A stretch of DNA of 64,000 nt from an uncultured Thermoleophilia bacterium (GCA_963715985.1 CAVQSP010000010.1:192001-256000); one strand, 5' to 3'; counted from the stretch's first letter, positions 8,319 through 18,017 are shown. The notes: generated by a model from the letters alone, not told the origin. Program-made: numbers and translations.

Positions 8319-9530
8319 TCACATGCTGGCCGGCCGCTCCGTCAGCGTCACCTGGACGTCCTTGGTGGAGTCGCCGCTGAGGACGGTGAGCGTCAGCGTG
8401 TCGCCGGGCTTGTGCTGGTTGATGATGGCGATGAGGTCCTCCATGCCGGCGACCTGCTCGCCGTCGATGGCGGTGATCACATCGCCGCCCGCGACGTATG
8501 TCTGGCCCTGGAGCTGCGACTGCTGCGAGCCGCCCTTGAGACCGGCTTTGGCGGCCGGGCTGTCGTTGGTCACGGCTGCGATCAGCACGCCGCCGTCGAC
8601 CTTGAGACCGAGGGCGGCGGCCACGTCGGACGTGACGCTCTGACCCTGGATGCCGAGCCACGCGTAGGTCACCTTGCCGCTCGTCTTGAGCTGCTCCATC
8701 ACGCCCCTGGCCGTGTTGATGGGCACCGCGAACCCGAGGCCCTGGTTGCCGCCGGACTGTGAGGCGATCTGCTCGTTGATGCCGATGACCTCGCCGGCGG
8801 CGTTGATGAGGGGGCCGCCCGAGTTGCCTTCGTTGATGGCGGCGTCCGTCTGGATGCCGTTGGGGATCACCGAACCGTTGGGCGACTGCAGGTTGCGGTC
8901 GGTCGCCGAGACGATGCCGGACGTCACCGTGAAGTCGTACCCCAGGGGATTGCCGATGGCCACCACGGGCTCGCCCACCTGCACCGCGTCCGAGTCGGCG
9001 AGCGGCAGCGCCAACAGGGTGGGCGCCTTGGCCGGATCGACCTTGAGCAGGGCGACGTCGCTGGTCTCGTCGACACCGACGATGGTCGCCGGCACCTTGG
9101 TCGACTCCGTGCCGTCGGCGGTCTTGAACACCACGCTCACCGTGGACGCGCGCTTGCCGTCGTTCTCTACGACGTGCGCGTTGGTGAGGATGTGGCCGTC
9201 GGTGGACACGACGAAACCGGAGCCCAGACCCTGCACCGGCCCGGACGACTGGCCGAAGGGGGATTGGGTCTGGCTCGCCGGGAACGTGGAGAAGACCTCG
9301 ACGACGCCGGCCGAGTACTGCTGGTAGATCTCCGCCGGTGTGAGCCCGGTGCTCGTGCTGCTCATCGACACTGTGGACGTGGATGGAGCGCCGGCCGTCG
9401 TCGCGCGGACGACCGTCTTGGTCTCAGTCTTCACCGGCAGGACGCCGACCACCATCAAGGCAACGAGGACCAGGGCAGTCGCGGCGATGCCGGCGAGGAA
9501 CATCCACAAAGCTGACGCTGACTTGCTCAT
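8319..9530 (-). CDS. htrA: HtrA/DegP-family serine protease with PDZ domain
   Basis: N-terminal TM; GSGFVV, TNAHVV, DVALLKV, IQTDAAINEGNSGGPL; C-terminal PDZ. Confidence 0.95.
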   Translation of the reverse strand: MSKSASALWMFLAGIAATALVLVALMVVGVLPVKTETKTVVRATTAGAPSTSTVSMSSTSTGLTPAEIYQQYSAGVVEVFSTFPASQTQSPFGQSSGPVQGLGSGFVVSTDGHILTNAHVVENDGKRASTVSVVFKTADGTESTKVPATIVGVDETSDVALLKVDPAKAPTLLALPLADSDAVQVGEPVVAIGNPLGYDFTVTSGIVSATDRNLQSPNGSVIPNGIQTDAAINEGNSGGPLINAAGEVIGINEQIASQSGGNQGLGFAVPINTARGVMEQLKTSGKVTYAWLGIQGQSVTSDVAAALGLKVDGGVLIAAVTNDSPAAKAGLKGGSQQSQLQGQTYVAGGDVITAIDGEQVAGMEDLIAIINQHKPGDTLTLTVLSGDSTKDVQVTLTERPASM

Positions 9531-9593
9531 GGGGTGCCTCCCGGTGTGAGTGTGGCTTGCGTACTGGTTGTACGCGCCGCACCTTGGGAGAGC

Positions 9594-9621
9594 CTGAGCC
9601 GGAGCTGAGAAGAGGCTGAGA
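9594..9621 (-). promoter_or_regulatory. Three 11-bp-period CTCAG direct repeats (MprA-box-like) upstream of htrA
   Basis: + strand CTGAG at 9594, 9605 and 9616. Confidence 0.65.
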
Positions 9622-9652
9622 ATGGAGGCGAGAGCGGCGCCCAGGACCTCGA

Positions 9653-11110
9653 TCAGGGCGAAGCCGTCACGACCTCTGTCGGCGTGTCCCGGTCGTCGGT
9701 GTCACCGACCCCGAGTTGCCCCCGGTCGTTCTCGCCCCAGGTCCAGAGCGTGCCGTCCGCTTTCGCGGCGAGAGAGATGTAGTGGCCGCCGGACACGGCG
9801 ACCCAGTCAGTCTCGGTGCCGATCTGCGCCGGGGCGGTCCTGTCCTCGGTGTCGCCGACGCCGAGCTGGCCGACGCCGTTCCAGCCGAAGGACCACAGCG
9901 AGCCGTCCGTCTTGAGGGCCAGTGTGTGGTGGTCGCCGCAGGACACGGCAGCCCAGTCCTTGCCCAGGCCGACCTCAGTCGGGGTCAGGCGCTGGACGGT
10001 GTCTCCGAGACCGAGCTGGCCGTTGCCGTTGTAGCCCCACGCCAGCAGCCTGCCGCTGCTGGTGATGGCCAGGGTGGAGCCGTTGCCGCAGCTGACCGCC
10101 ACCCAGACCCTGTCATCGCCCACCCTGGCAGGGCTGAGGCGCAGCCTCGTGTCGCCCACCCCAAGCTGGCCGTTACCGTTGTACCCCCAGCCCCAGAGGC
10201 TGCCGTCCTTCTTGAGCGCCATGGCGTGGGTGGAGGCGGCGGAGACGAGCGTCCAGTCGGCGTCCCGGCCGACCTGGGTCGGAACCGTCCGCCGCGCCCC
10301 GTCGCCCACCCCGAGTTGGCCGTTGCCGTTGGCGCCCCAGGCCCAGAGCGTGCCGTTCGTCTTGACGGCGAGGGAGTAGTACCGGCCCGCGGAGACGGCC
10401 GCCCAGTCGCCGTCGCCGCCGACCTGTGTCGGGGCGCTCACCGTGACGGTGGTCTCGCCGACGCCGAGCTGGCCCTCGCCGTCGCCGCCCCATGCCCAGA
10501 GCGTGCCGTCGGTCTTGAGGGCCAGGGTGTGATCCCTGCCGGCGGACACCGCCGCCCACGCGGCATCGGTGCCGACCGCAGAGGGCGTCGCGTGCGCGTC
10601 CTTGTCGGGGGTACCGATGCCGAGCTCGCCCACATCGTTGCGGCCCCACGCCCACAACGCGTGGTCGCTCGTCAGGGCGACCATGCCTGAACCGCCGCAG
10701 GCTCCCACCGACCATCCGGCGCTCGCTGCCTGCACGTCGATGGCGAGGACGCTGCTGCGGACCTGCATTCTGCCCGCCTTGTACTGGGCCACCAGATCCC
10801 AGGTGCCGGCCTTGCCGGGCGTCACCGCGACGGTGAAGGCACCGTCGGCTGACAGTTCGGTGGTGCCGACGGCCTTCCACCGTGTGCCGGCCTGCTCGAG
10901 GATGGCGATCGAGGTGGCGCCGGCGCGGGGGTTGGTCACCGCGCCTGAGAGTGTGACGGGCGTACCCACGGTGACGGTCGTGGACGCCGTCTCCAGGCGC
11001 ACGGATGGCTTCGTCGCGGCCATCGCATCAACGGAGGGCAGGAGCACGAGGACAGCTGCGGCGAGGACGACGAGCAGCGCGTCATTGCGGCGCCTCACGG
11101 CAGCCTCCAT
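9653..11110 (-). CDS. Secreted RCC1/BLIP-II beta-propeller repeat protein with N-terminal Ig-like domain
   Basis: Signal peptide ending DAMA; about seven repeats of vSaGxxHtlALKxDGtLWxWGxNxxGQLGxG. Confidence 0.88.
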   Translation of the reverse strand: MEAAVRRRNDALLVVLAAAVLVLLPSVDAMAATKPSVRLETASTTVTVGTPVTLSGAVTNPRAGATSIAILEQAGTRWKAVGTTELSADGAFTVAVTPGKAGTWDLVAQYKAGRMQVRSSVLAIDVQAASAGWSVGACGGSGMVALTSDHALWAWGRNDVGELGIGTPDKDAHATPSAVGTDAAWAAVSAGRDHTLALKTDGTLWAWGGDGEGQLGVGETTVTVSAPTQVGGDGDWAAVSAGRYYSLAVKTNGTLWAWGANGNGQLGVGDGARRTVPTQVGRDADWTLVSAASTHAMALKKDGSLWGWGYNGNGQLGVGDTRLRLSPARVGDDRVWVAVSCGNGSTLAITSSGRLLAWGYNGNGQLGLGDTVQRLTPTEVGLGKDWAAVSCGDHHTLALKTDGSLWSFGWNGVGQLGVGDTEDRTAPAQIGTETDWVAVSGGHYISLAAKADGTLWTWGENDRGQLGVGDTDDRDTPTEVVTASP

Positions 11111-11282
11111 CTCGCCGGCGCCGCTGTGAGAGCGCGCGGATCCTGGGTCGTGCGATGCATCGGTCTCCTGCGAAGCGGGTCTCAGAACCGCGCGCAGAGT
11201 ACCAAGGGAGTGTGAGGAGTCCGTTAGCCGGGACTCGTGCGAAGCGATGCCCACATGTCGGCTCGCCGGAGCCGCCTTCGCC

Positions 11283-11738
11283 TCAGTGCCGGTGCGGCAC
11301 GACCAGCACGGGGACGGTGCTGTGATGCAGCAGCTTGTACGACGTGGATCCGAGGAGCACTCCTCGGATCGCGCCTGAGCCGTGGCTGCCGACGACGATC
11401 AGGTCCGCGTTCCGTGCCTTGGCCACGTCGAGCAAAGCCGCGGCGGGCGCCTTGTGTTCGATCGTCGACTCGACCGGCACGCCGGCCGCGGCGATGCGTG
11501 CTGTCGCGTCGTCCAGCACGCGACTCACCGCGGCCTCCGCGGGCAGCTCCGCATCCTGAAGCTCCGGGACCATGAGCTCAGCGGCCATCGGACCGCCGCC
11601 GACTGACAGGTTCACCTCAAGCCCGTTCACCACGACGATCGTGCTGCCGGTCGCGTCGCGCGCGAGGCCGACGGCGACCTCGAGCGCCTCCTTGGCACAG
11701 TCGGACCCGTCGTAACCGAGGACGATGGTGCGCGCCAT
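11283..11738 (-). CDS. Universal stress protein
   Basis: IVLGYDGSD...ADLIVVGSHGSGAIRGVLLGSTSYKLLHHSTVPVLVV; GAGGAG RBS. Confidence 0.93.
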   Translation of the reverse strand: MARTIVLGYDGSDCAKEALEVAVGLARDATGSTIVVVNGLEVNLSVGGGPMAAELMVPELQDAELPAEAAVSRVLDDATARIAAAGVPVESTIEHKAPAAALLDVAKARNADLIVVGSHGSGAIRGVLLGSTSYKLLHHSTVPVLVVPHRH

Positions 11739-12223
11739 TGCCACTCCTCTCAGGCGTCGATCGGACACTCGATGCTCCCAGCTTCCCCGGCTTGGCGACA
11801 GCTGAGACACGCGCGGGCGCGGCCGGGCCGGCCGGTTCACGCGGCCCAGACGCCGCGCTCACCGGCACCTAACGGGCCGCGGGCAGACTGACGGACCATG
11901 ATGGCCAGGCACTTCGGGATCCGGCGGCAGGTCCGCGGCGTTCGCGCATCCGCGCTGCGGAACGACGACCGGTGGCAGATGCGGGAAGTCGGGGTCGGAC
12001 GTCTGCTCGCACGTCCCTGCGCGACTGGCCGGTTCCGCGCCATCCACGTTGCTTCTCGAGCCCCCGCTGCGCGTGGACGCAGTCTGAGGCGGACGCAGGG
12101 CCGGCCGGTGTCCCTGATGGCGCACGGCGCCGGCCGGCCCAGCACCAGATACCGCGTGGCGTCCGTGACGCGCTCCCGGAGGCAGCGCAGGCGCCCCGTC
12201 ACCCAACGAGCTACGGAGAACAG

Positions 12224-12400
12224 ATGACCGCACCGTTCAACCTCGTCTGTGAGGTGTGCGCCGAGGAGTTCCTCGTCGCGAACGCCGTCTACCGGGCGAA
12301 CCCCAGCATCGTCCCGTGCCCTCGCTGTGGCAGCACCGATCTCGTCCTGCTGGACACCGGCGAGGACCCGGGCTTCAGGTCCGCAGCAGCCGTGGCGTGA
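12224..12400 (+). CDS. Small zinc-ribbon protein 1 (58 aa)
   Basis: MTAPFNLVCEVCAEEF...VPCPRCGSTDLVLL...AAAVA; GGAG RBS. Confidence 0.7.
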   Translation: MTAPFNLVCEVCAEEFLVANAVYRANPSIVPCPRCGSTDLVLLDTGEDPGFRSAAAVA

Positions 12401-12582
12401 GCGCTGTGATCCAGGGGATCCACCTCATCTGTGAGGTCTGCGCCGAGGAGACGCTCATCGCGGTCCCGGCGCAGCGGACTCGATACGGCCTGGTGGAGTG
12501 TCCGCGCTGCGGGAGTGCCTACCTTGTCCTGGTGGACCCCGCCGAAGCCGGAGGGCCAAAGGCCGCTTCGGCAGTGGCCTGA
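12397..12582 (+). CDS. Small zinc-ribbon protein 2 (paralog of protein 1)
   Basis: GTGA overlap; LICEVCAEET...VECPRCGSAYLVLV...ASAVA. Confidence 0.7.
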   Translation: MSAVIQGIHLICEVCAEETLIAVPAQRTRYGLVECPRCGSAYLVLVDPAEAGGPKAASAVA

Positions 12583-12624
12583 CCCTGCCGACGCGTGGGG
12601 GCGGTCGCCCGACCGCCCGACCGC

Positions 12625-13133
12625 TCAGCAGTAGCCCTTCTCCAGGCGCCGCAGGAAGCACGCGGCGATGTCTTCCGCGGACTGCACGACGGCGTACGAA
12701 AACGCCGTGTCCTGTCGCAGCTCGTGCGGCGGCCGGGCGCCGGCGCCGAAGAGGTCCGGCACCGTCGACATGAGCGCCTCCAGCCATGGGACGCCTTCCG
12801 AGACGGCTCGCAGGCGGAAGAGCTGCCACGCCGCACGCAGTCCGGCGACGGCCTTTGCCAGCGCCTCAAAGGCCGCGGATAGCCCCCCCAACCGGGCAGC
12901 CGCCCGTGTCGTCTGTGCAGTTCGGCATACTCGGCTTCAGCCAGCTCGACCCGTCGCACCCACTCCGTGATGGTCCGCGCCCGCAAGCCGAGGACCACGG
13001 ACGGCGCGTGGCGGCCGGCCGCCGAAGGGGTACGGCCATGTCCGCCGGCGGCGCCGTGACGTCCAGGCGCCGGCGCCGCGTCGATGGCCACCGCGGCACT
13101 CGTGGGCAGGGGCGGAGTGCAGACCTCAGTCAC
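12625..13133 (-). CDS. Hypothetical protein, probably one gene frameshifted at the C-run near 12885
   Basis: Start overlaps the upstream stop; helical-looking segments EWVRRVELAEAEYAELHRR and LSAAFEALAKAVAGLRAAWQLF lie in adjacent frames. Confidence 0.4.
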
Positions 13134-13483
13134 GTCTCGGCGCCGGCCGAGGGGTCGTCCCGAAGGAAGCCGATGGTGTACGACGTCACCGAGGTGTCAG
13201 GTTTGTAGCCGAGCACGCCGCCGACGCGGAGGCCTTCGATGCCCGGAATGAGGTCCGCCCCGGATGGGCCTTGGCCGGGCCGCTGGATCTCGTTCTCGGC
13301 GAGGACGACCCAGCCGTGCTCGAGCTGACGCCGCACCTCTTCCTCGTCCGTGGTCTCCACGATCATGTCGAAGTCGGCGCGTGAGTACTCCACCATGTGG
13401 CCCTCCGCATCCAGCACCTCGAAGCGATCGGCCTCACGCGGCGCGTCTTCGCTCGCGTGGTCGTGCCTGTGGAAGATACTCAA
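13130..13483 (-). CDS. Hypothetical acidic protein
   Basis: GGAGG RBS then TTG; GC3-biased codons; no recognisable motif. Confidence 0.6.
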   Translation of the reverse strand: MSIFHRHDHASEDAPREADRFEVLDAEGHMVEYSRADFDMIVETTDEEEVRRQLEHGWVVLAENEIQRPGQGPSGADLIPGIEGLRVGGVLGYKPDTSVTSYTIGFLRDDPSAGAET

Positions 13484-13704
13484 CCTCCAACCTCCAGTTC
13501 GATTCCGTGGCCGGCACATCGACCGTAGTCCTTCATCATCTCTTGGTCGCGTGAGTTTCGTGTGAGGAACCTCTGCCGGCGCGGGCGGACGGCGGCCGCG
13601 AATACGCCGGTCCCTCCGTGCGACACGGTGACGGTGCAGGAGGCCGGCCCGTCAAGGGGTAGAGTTGGAGGCGTGATGGGCGGGCGCAGACCGAGGAGGG
13701 CGAC

Positions 13705-15075
13705 GTGAGCGCGGCGGCCGGCGGGCAGGAGCCGCCGCGCCATCAGCCACCGCGGCCGGAGCCGCCAGCGGGCCCGCGGCACGACGAGGGACTGGCACCT
13801 CCGCCGGACATCGAGGCGGACGCGCGCTCCACCGGCCTGCGCGCCTTCACCCGCGACCTCTTCTCGCGCGAGTTGCTGCGCTACCTGGGCCCCGGCTTCG
13901 TCGTGACCATCGGCTTCATCGATCCGGGCAACTGGGCCACCAACATCGCCGGCGGCTCGCAGTTCGGCTACCAGCTGCTGTGGGTCGTTTCGCTCAGCAC
14001 GCTCATGCTCATCTTCCTGCAGCACATGGCGGCCAAGCTCGGCATCGTCACCGGTCGCTCCCTCGCCGCCAACGTGCGCGCTCACATGCCTCGCTGGATG
14101 GTCTGGCTGCTTGGCGTGACCATCGCCGCCGCCTGCGTGGCGACTGCGCTGGCGGAGTACCTGGGCGCCGCCCTCGGCTTCAATCTGCTGTTCGGCTTGC
14201 CGCTGTGGATCGGCGCTCCGCTCACTCTCGTCCTGGTCTACCTCGCCATACTGGGCCAGGCGTACCACCGCCTGGAGCGCATCATCCTCGTGTTTCTCGC
14301 CGTGATCGCCGCCTGCTATGTCGTCGAGTTGTTCATCGTGAAGCCTGATTGGGCGGCGGCCGCGCCGGACTGGGTGATCCCCAGCGTGAGCAGTGCCAGC
14401 ATCCTCATCGCTCTCGGCATGCTGGGCGCCATCGTGATGCCGCACAACATCTACCTGCACTCCAACGTCATCCAGTCGCGCGACTGGGATGTGGACTCCG
14501 TGCGACGCGATCGACTCATGCACTTCGAGCTCGCCGACACCACGCTGGCCATGGGCATGGGCTGGCTCGTCAACTCGGCGATGATCATCGTCGCCGCGGC
14601 GGTGTTCTACTCGGCGGGCGTAGAGGTCACGAGCATCGAGCAGGCCTCGCAGACGCTTGAGCCGCTCGTGGGATCGCTCGCCCAGCTCGTCTTCGGCATC
14701 GCGCTGCTGGCCGCCGGGCTGTCTTCTTCGGTGACGGCCTCGCTCGCCGAGGCCAATATCGTCACCGGGTATCTCGGCCGACCCGAAGACCCCCGCACCC
14801 GCGTGTACAAGGTCGGGCTCGTGGTGCTCACGCTGCCGGCGATGGTGCTCATCGTCGTCGGCCTCGACGCCTACCAGGCATTGATCATCAGCCAGGTGAT
14901 CCTCAGCCTGCAGCTGCCGTTCACCATCGTCCCCCTGCTCTGGCTCAGCCGGGCGCGGCGTGTGATGGGCACGGAGCGCACGGGTACCATCACGACTGCC
15001 GTCGGCGTTCTTGTGGCGGCGCTGATCATCGGGCTTAACGTGTTCCTGCTGTACACCACGTTCTGGGGAGGCTGA
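13705..15075 (+). CDS. mntH: Nramp-family divalent metal transporter
   Basis: LGPGFVVTIGFIDPGNWATN and GAIVMPHNIYLHS signatures; multiple TMs. Confidence 0.93.
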   Translation: MSAAAGGQEPPRHQPPRPEPPAGPRHDEGLAPPPDIEADARSTGLRAFTRDLFSRELLRYLGPGFVVTIGFIDPGNWATNIAGGSQFGYQLLWVVSLSTLMLIFLQHMAAKLGIVTGRSLAANVRAHMPRWMVWLLGVTIAAACVATALAEYLGAALGFNLLFGLPLWIGAPLTLVLVYLAILGQAYHRLERIILVFLAVIAACYVVELFIVKPDWAAAAPDWVIPSVSSASILIALGMLGAIVMPHNIYLHSNVIQSRDWDVDSVRRDRLMHFELADTTLAMGMGWLVNSAMIIVAAAVFYSAGVEVTSIEQASQTLEPLVGSLAQLVFGIALLAAGLSSSVTASLAEANIVTGYLGRPEDPRTRVYKVGLVVLTLPAMVLIVVGLDAYQALIISQVILSLQLPFTIVPLLWLSRARRVMGTERTGTITTAVGVLVAALIIGLNVFLLYTTFWGG

Positions 15076-15079
15076 GGCA

Positions 15080-15514
15080 GTGGGCATGTACGAGCGCATC
15101 CTGGTGCCGGTCGAAGGCACCGAGACCGACCGGCCCGTGCTCGAGCACATCGGCCGGCTGGCCGCCATGTGCGGCGCCGAGGTCACGCTGCTGCGGGTCG
15201 CGCACTACCACACGCGTGACGAGCGCGCCTCCGAGCTGGAGGACGCCGAGGGCGATCTGGAGCGCGACGCGGCGGTGCTGCGCAGCGCCGGCATCACCGT
15301 GCGCACGCTCATCGTGCACGGCGAGCCGGCGGACGTCATCCTCGCGCAGGCGCAGTCGCTCAGGCCGGACCTCATCGCCATGGCCACGCACGGGCACGGC
15401 TGGGCCAAGCGCATCGTGCTCGGCAGCGTGGCCGACCACGTCAGGCACAACAGCGACGTGCCTCTTCTTCTCCTCAAGAGCCGCTCAACGGCCGCAGTCC
15501 TCCGTAGGGAGTAG
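15080..15514 (+). CDS. Universal stress protein coupled to mntH
   Basis: YERILVPVEG...DLIAMATHGHG...LGSVADHVRHNSDVPLLLL. Confidence 0.9.
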   Translation: MGMYERILVPVEGTETDRPVLEHIGRLAAMCGAEVTLLRVAHYHTRDERASELEDAEGDLERDAAVLRSAGITVRTLIVHGEPADVILAQAQSLRPDLIAMATHGHGWAKRIVLGSVADHVRHNSDVPLLLLKSRSTAAVLRRE

Positions 15515-15559
15515 TACACTCGGCCGAGGCCTGTGCGGGCCCAGGCGGAAGGGCGAGTC

Positions 15560-16522
15560 ATGGTCAAGCAAGCAGGTCGCTCCTGGTGGTCGCGCTGGTG
15601 GAAGCGCCTCGCCATCATCGTGGGGGTGCTCGTCGTCCTCTTCGTCGGCGCCTCGGCGGTAGCCGCCAAGTTCACGGAGAGCAACAAGTTCTGCGGCACC
15701 GACTGCCACGAGATGTGGCCGTACCGCGACACCTGGGAGAAGTCCGCGCACAAGGATGTGGACTGCGTGCAGTGTCACATCCCGCCGGGACCCGCGAACT
15801 TCGCCATCACCAAGATGTACGCCTCCCGCGAGGTGTGGGTGCACATCACCGGCCTCCCCAAGAAGCCGATCACCGTCACGCGCCACATCCCCAACTCGGC
15901 CTGCGAGCGCAGCGGCTGCCACACGACCCCAGTGACCAAGACGATCTCGCTGGGCTCGCCGGCGCCGGTCAGCTTCCAGCACGGGAGCAAAGGCCATACC
16001 AAGCAGTTGTGCATCGCCTGCCACGCCTCGCTCGTGCACGAGGGCGCCCCCGGCGTCACGGCGCCGCCGGCCAACTCCATGACGTCATGCTTCTCCTGTC
16101 ACACCAACGGACCCAAGGACTGCGCCTACTGCCACAAGCCTCCGCACGCCGACCGCGGCAACTGCGCCAACTGCCACGGGCTCGTGAGCTGGAGCGGCGG
16201 CAAGGGCGGCGCCCACCCCGGCGGTCCACTGACGGGCAAGCACGGGCAGATCTCCTGCGAGACCTGCCACACGCAGGGCACGTCGGTGAAGCCTGACGGC
16301 TGCATCAAGTGCCACGGCGATCAGCACAACGGCCTCACGAGCTGCGTGGACTGCCACACCATCAAGGACTGGAACCCGTCCAAGTTCACGCACCCGCAGG
16401 AGGGCGAGCACATCCCGAGCGGGGAGGTGCCGCTGCAGTGCAACGCCTGTCACCTCAACGGGTTCGGCCAGAAGGCCAGCTGTCCGTGCCACGGCGGCTC
16501 GGCGCCGAGCGGCGGCGGATGA
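15560..16522 (+). CDS. Membrane-anchored multiheme c-type cytochrome (NapC/NirT-like N-terminus)
   Basis: N-terminal TM, TESNKFCGTDCHEM; nine CxxCH motifs plus CX3CH, CX4CH and a terminal CXCH. Confidence 0.88.
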   Translation: MVKQAGRSWWSRWWKRLAIIVGVLVVLFVGASAVAAKFTESNKFCGTDCHEMWPYRDTWEKSAHKDVDCVQCHIPPGPANFAITKMYASREVWVHITGLPKKPITVTRHIPNSACERSGCHTTPVTKTISLGSPAPVSFQHGSKGHTKQLCIACHASLVHEGAPGVTAPPANSMTSCFSCHTNGPKDCAYCHKPPHADRGNCANCHGLVSWSGGKGGAHPGGPLTGKHGQISCETCHTQGTSVKPDGCIKCHGDQHNGLTSCVDCHTIKDWNPSKFTHPQEGEHIPSGEVPLQCNACHLNGFGQKASCPCHGGSAPSGGG

Positions 16523-16608
16523 CCGCGGGCTGAGCGCGCCGCGCCGGGGCTCCGGCGGCGAGCGGGCGGGCTGAGCGCGCCGCGCCCGCCAGCTATACTG
16601 GCCCGGCG

Positions 16609-17379
16609 ATGGAGCGCCTCGCCCTCTTCGACATCGACTGCACCCTGATCGACGCCCACGGCGCCGGCGGGCGCGCCATCATGCAGGCCATCAGGGACGT
16701 GTACGGCGTCCAGGGCGAGCTCGGCGACTACAGCTTCCACGGGCGCACTGACCCCGGCATCATCCGCGACCTCGCCGATCTGTGGGGAGCCACGGACCCC
16801 GAGGTGGTGGTCGGTCGCTACGAGGGCGAGACGCAGCCGCAGATGGTGCACGATCTCGCCGAGCAGCTGGGCACGCCGGCGGACCTCGTGGACGCGCGCG
16901 TGCAGGAGTGCATCGGCCGGTACCTGGAGCTGCTCGCCACGGAGGTCGGGGACGGCCGCATCGAGGTGTTGCCCGGCGTCAAGGAGCTGGTCACGGCGCT
17001 GGCCGCCGACCGGCGCGTGGTCCTGGGGCTGCTGACCGGCAACGTGGCCGAGGGCGCCCGCATCAAGCTGCTGCCCACCGGGCTGTGGCCGCTCTTCAAG
17101 GTAGCGGCCTACGGCTCGGACTCCGGCCTTCGCCCCGAGCTGCCGGCCATCGCCGTGGCGCGCGCCGAGGAACTGACGGGGCGGCGCTTCACCGGCAAGG
17201 AGGTCGTGGTCATCGGGGACACGCCGGCCGACGTGGAGTGTGGCGCCGGCATCGGCGTGAAGACGATCGCCGTGGCGACAGGGCGGCACGGGATCGACGA
17301 GCTCGCCGCTCACCACCCGGACTACGTCTTCGCCGACCTCGGCGAGTGGCGCGCCGCGTACGAGGCCATCCTGGCCTGA
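16609..17379 (+). CDS. HAD-family hydrolase (phosphoglycolate phosphatase-like)
   Basis: LFDIDCTL, GRTD, LLTGN, IGDTPADV. Confidence 0.9.
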   Translation: MERLALFDIDCTLIDAHGAGGRAIMQAIRDVYGVQGELGDYSFHGRTDPGIIRDLADLWGATDPEVVVGRYEGETQPQMVHDLAEQLGTPADLVDARVQECIGRYLELLATEVGDGRIEVLPGVKELVTALAADRRVVLGLLTGNVAEGARIKLLPTGLWPLFKVAAYGSDSGLRPELPAIAVARAEELTGRRFTGKEVVVIGDTPADVECGAGIGVKTIAVATGRHGIDELAAHHPDYVFADLGEWRAAYEAILA

Positions 17380-17596
17380 GGGCGGCGCCGGCCGCTCTTC
17401 TCGGCAGCCGCTCAGCTCGCTTCGGCGCCCGTGGCGCCCGCGCCGGCCACGTTCTCTCCGACGCTCTTCACCGCTTCGCCGAATCCTCACGGCGTCCATA
17501 CGTTGCACGGGGACACTCAATGCTGCGTCGGACGATCCTGAACGGAACGGCCCGTGCCTGGCGCGACCACACGCACGGGCGAGGACCTCACGGAGG

Positions 17597-17980
17597 ATGG
17601 CGGGCATGTCCAACAGATGCACTCTGGAGACCGACGAGCAGCTGGACGATCCGTCGGCGGGCATCAGCGAGGCGCAACGGATCCTGATCATCACGGCGGC
17701 GACGGGTGAGCTCTCGCGACGGTGGAGCCGTCCGGCCGGTGCACCCGATGCGGTGGGACCGGGCGCGAGGCCGGCGGTGCCGCGCGTGGGCGCAGTCGAG
17801 ACCCAGCGCACGCGCGGGCACGCGGTGCGGGAGGCCGTCTTCCGCGCGACGTCCGTGGCGAGAGCTCCTCTGGCGGGCACGCCACGCCACGTGCGGCTCC
17901 TCGTGCTCGCGCTCTTCGTCGTGATGATCGTGGTCTGTGGCGTGATCGCGGTGGCCGCGTACGCGCTGCCCATGCCGTGA
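17597..17980 (+). CDS. Hypothetical protein with C-terminal TM helix
   Basis: GGAGG RBS; hydrophobic C-terminus LLVLALFVVMIVVCGVIAVAAY. Confidence 0.45.
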   Translation: MAGMSNRCTLETDEQLDDPSAGISEAQRILIITAATGELSRRWSRPAGAPDAVGPGARPAVPRVGAVETQRTRGHAVREAVFRATSVARAPLAGTPRHVRLLVLALFVVMIVVCGVIAVAAYALPMP

Positions 17981-18017
17981 CGTTGGCCGGGCGGCGCCGC
18001 GGACGCCGCTGCGTTTA

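Noticed and set aside
9653-10700. Repeated DNA resembling a CRISPR or tandem array
   Set aside because: The repeats are degenerate, in-frame RCC1 protein repeats; there are no identical repeats with unique spacers and no cas genes.
12204-12216. 12-mer AACGAGCTACGG repeated near 25965
   Set aside because: A single short match in unrelated contexts; plausible by chance.
13540-13704. Mn-sensing yybP-ykoY riboswitch upstream of mntH
   Set aside because: Stems and AATAC / AAGGGGTAG fragments exist but in the wrong order, without the GGGAGUAG...GAGACC core; TAGAGT fits a -10 box better. An Rfam scan would settle it.
17477-17596. c-di-AMP (ydaO) riboswitch suggested by GCCGAATCC
   Set aside because: The rest of the consensus (GGGGAACC, GGGGTGAAT, CCGTCAGCTAAC) is absent.
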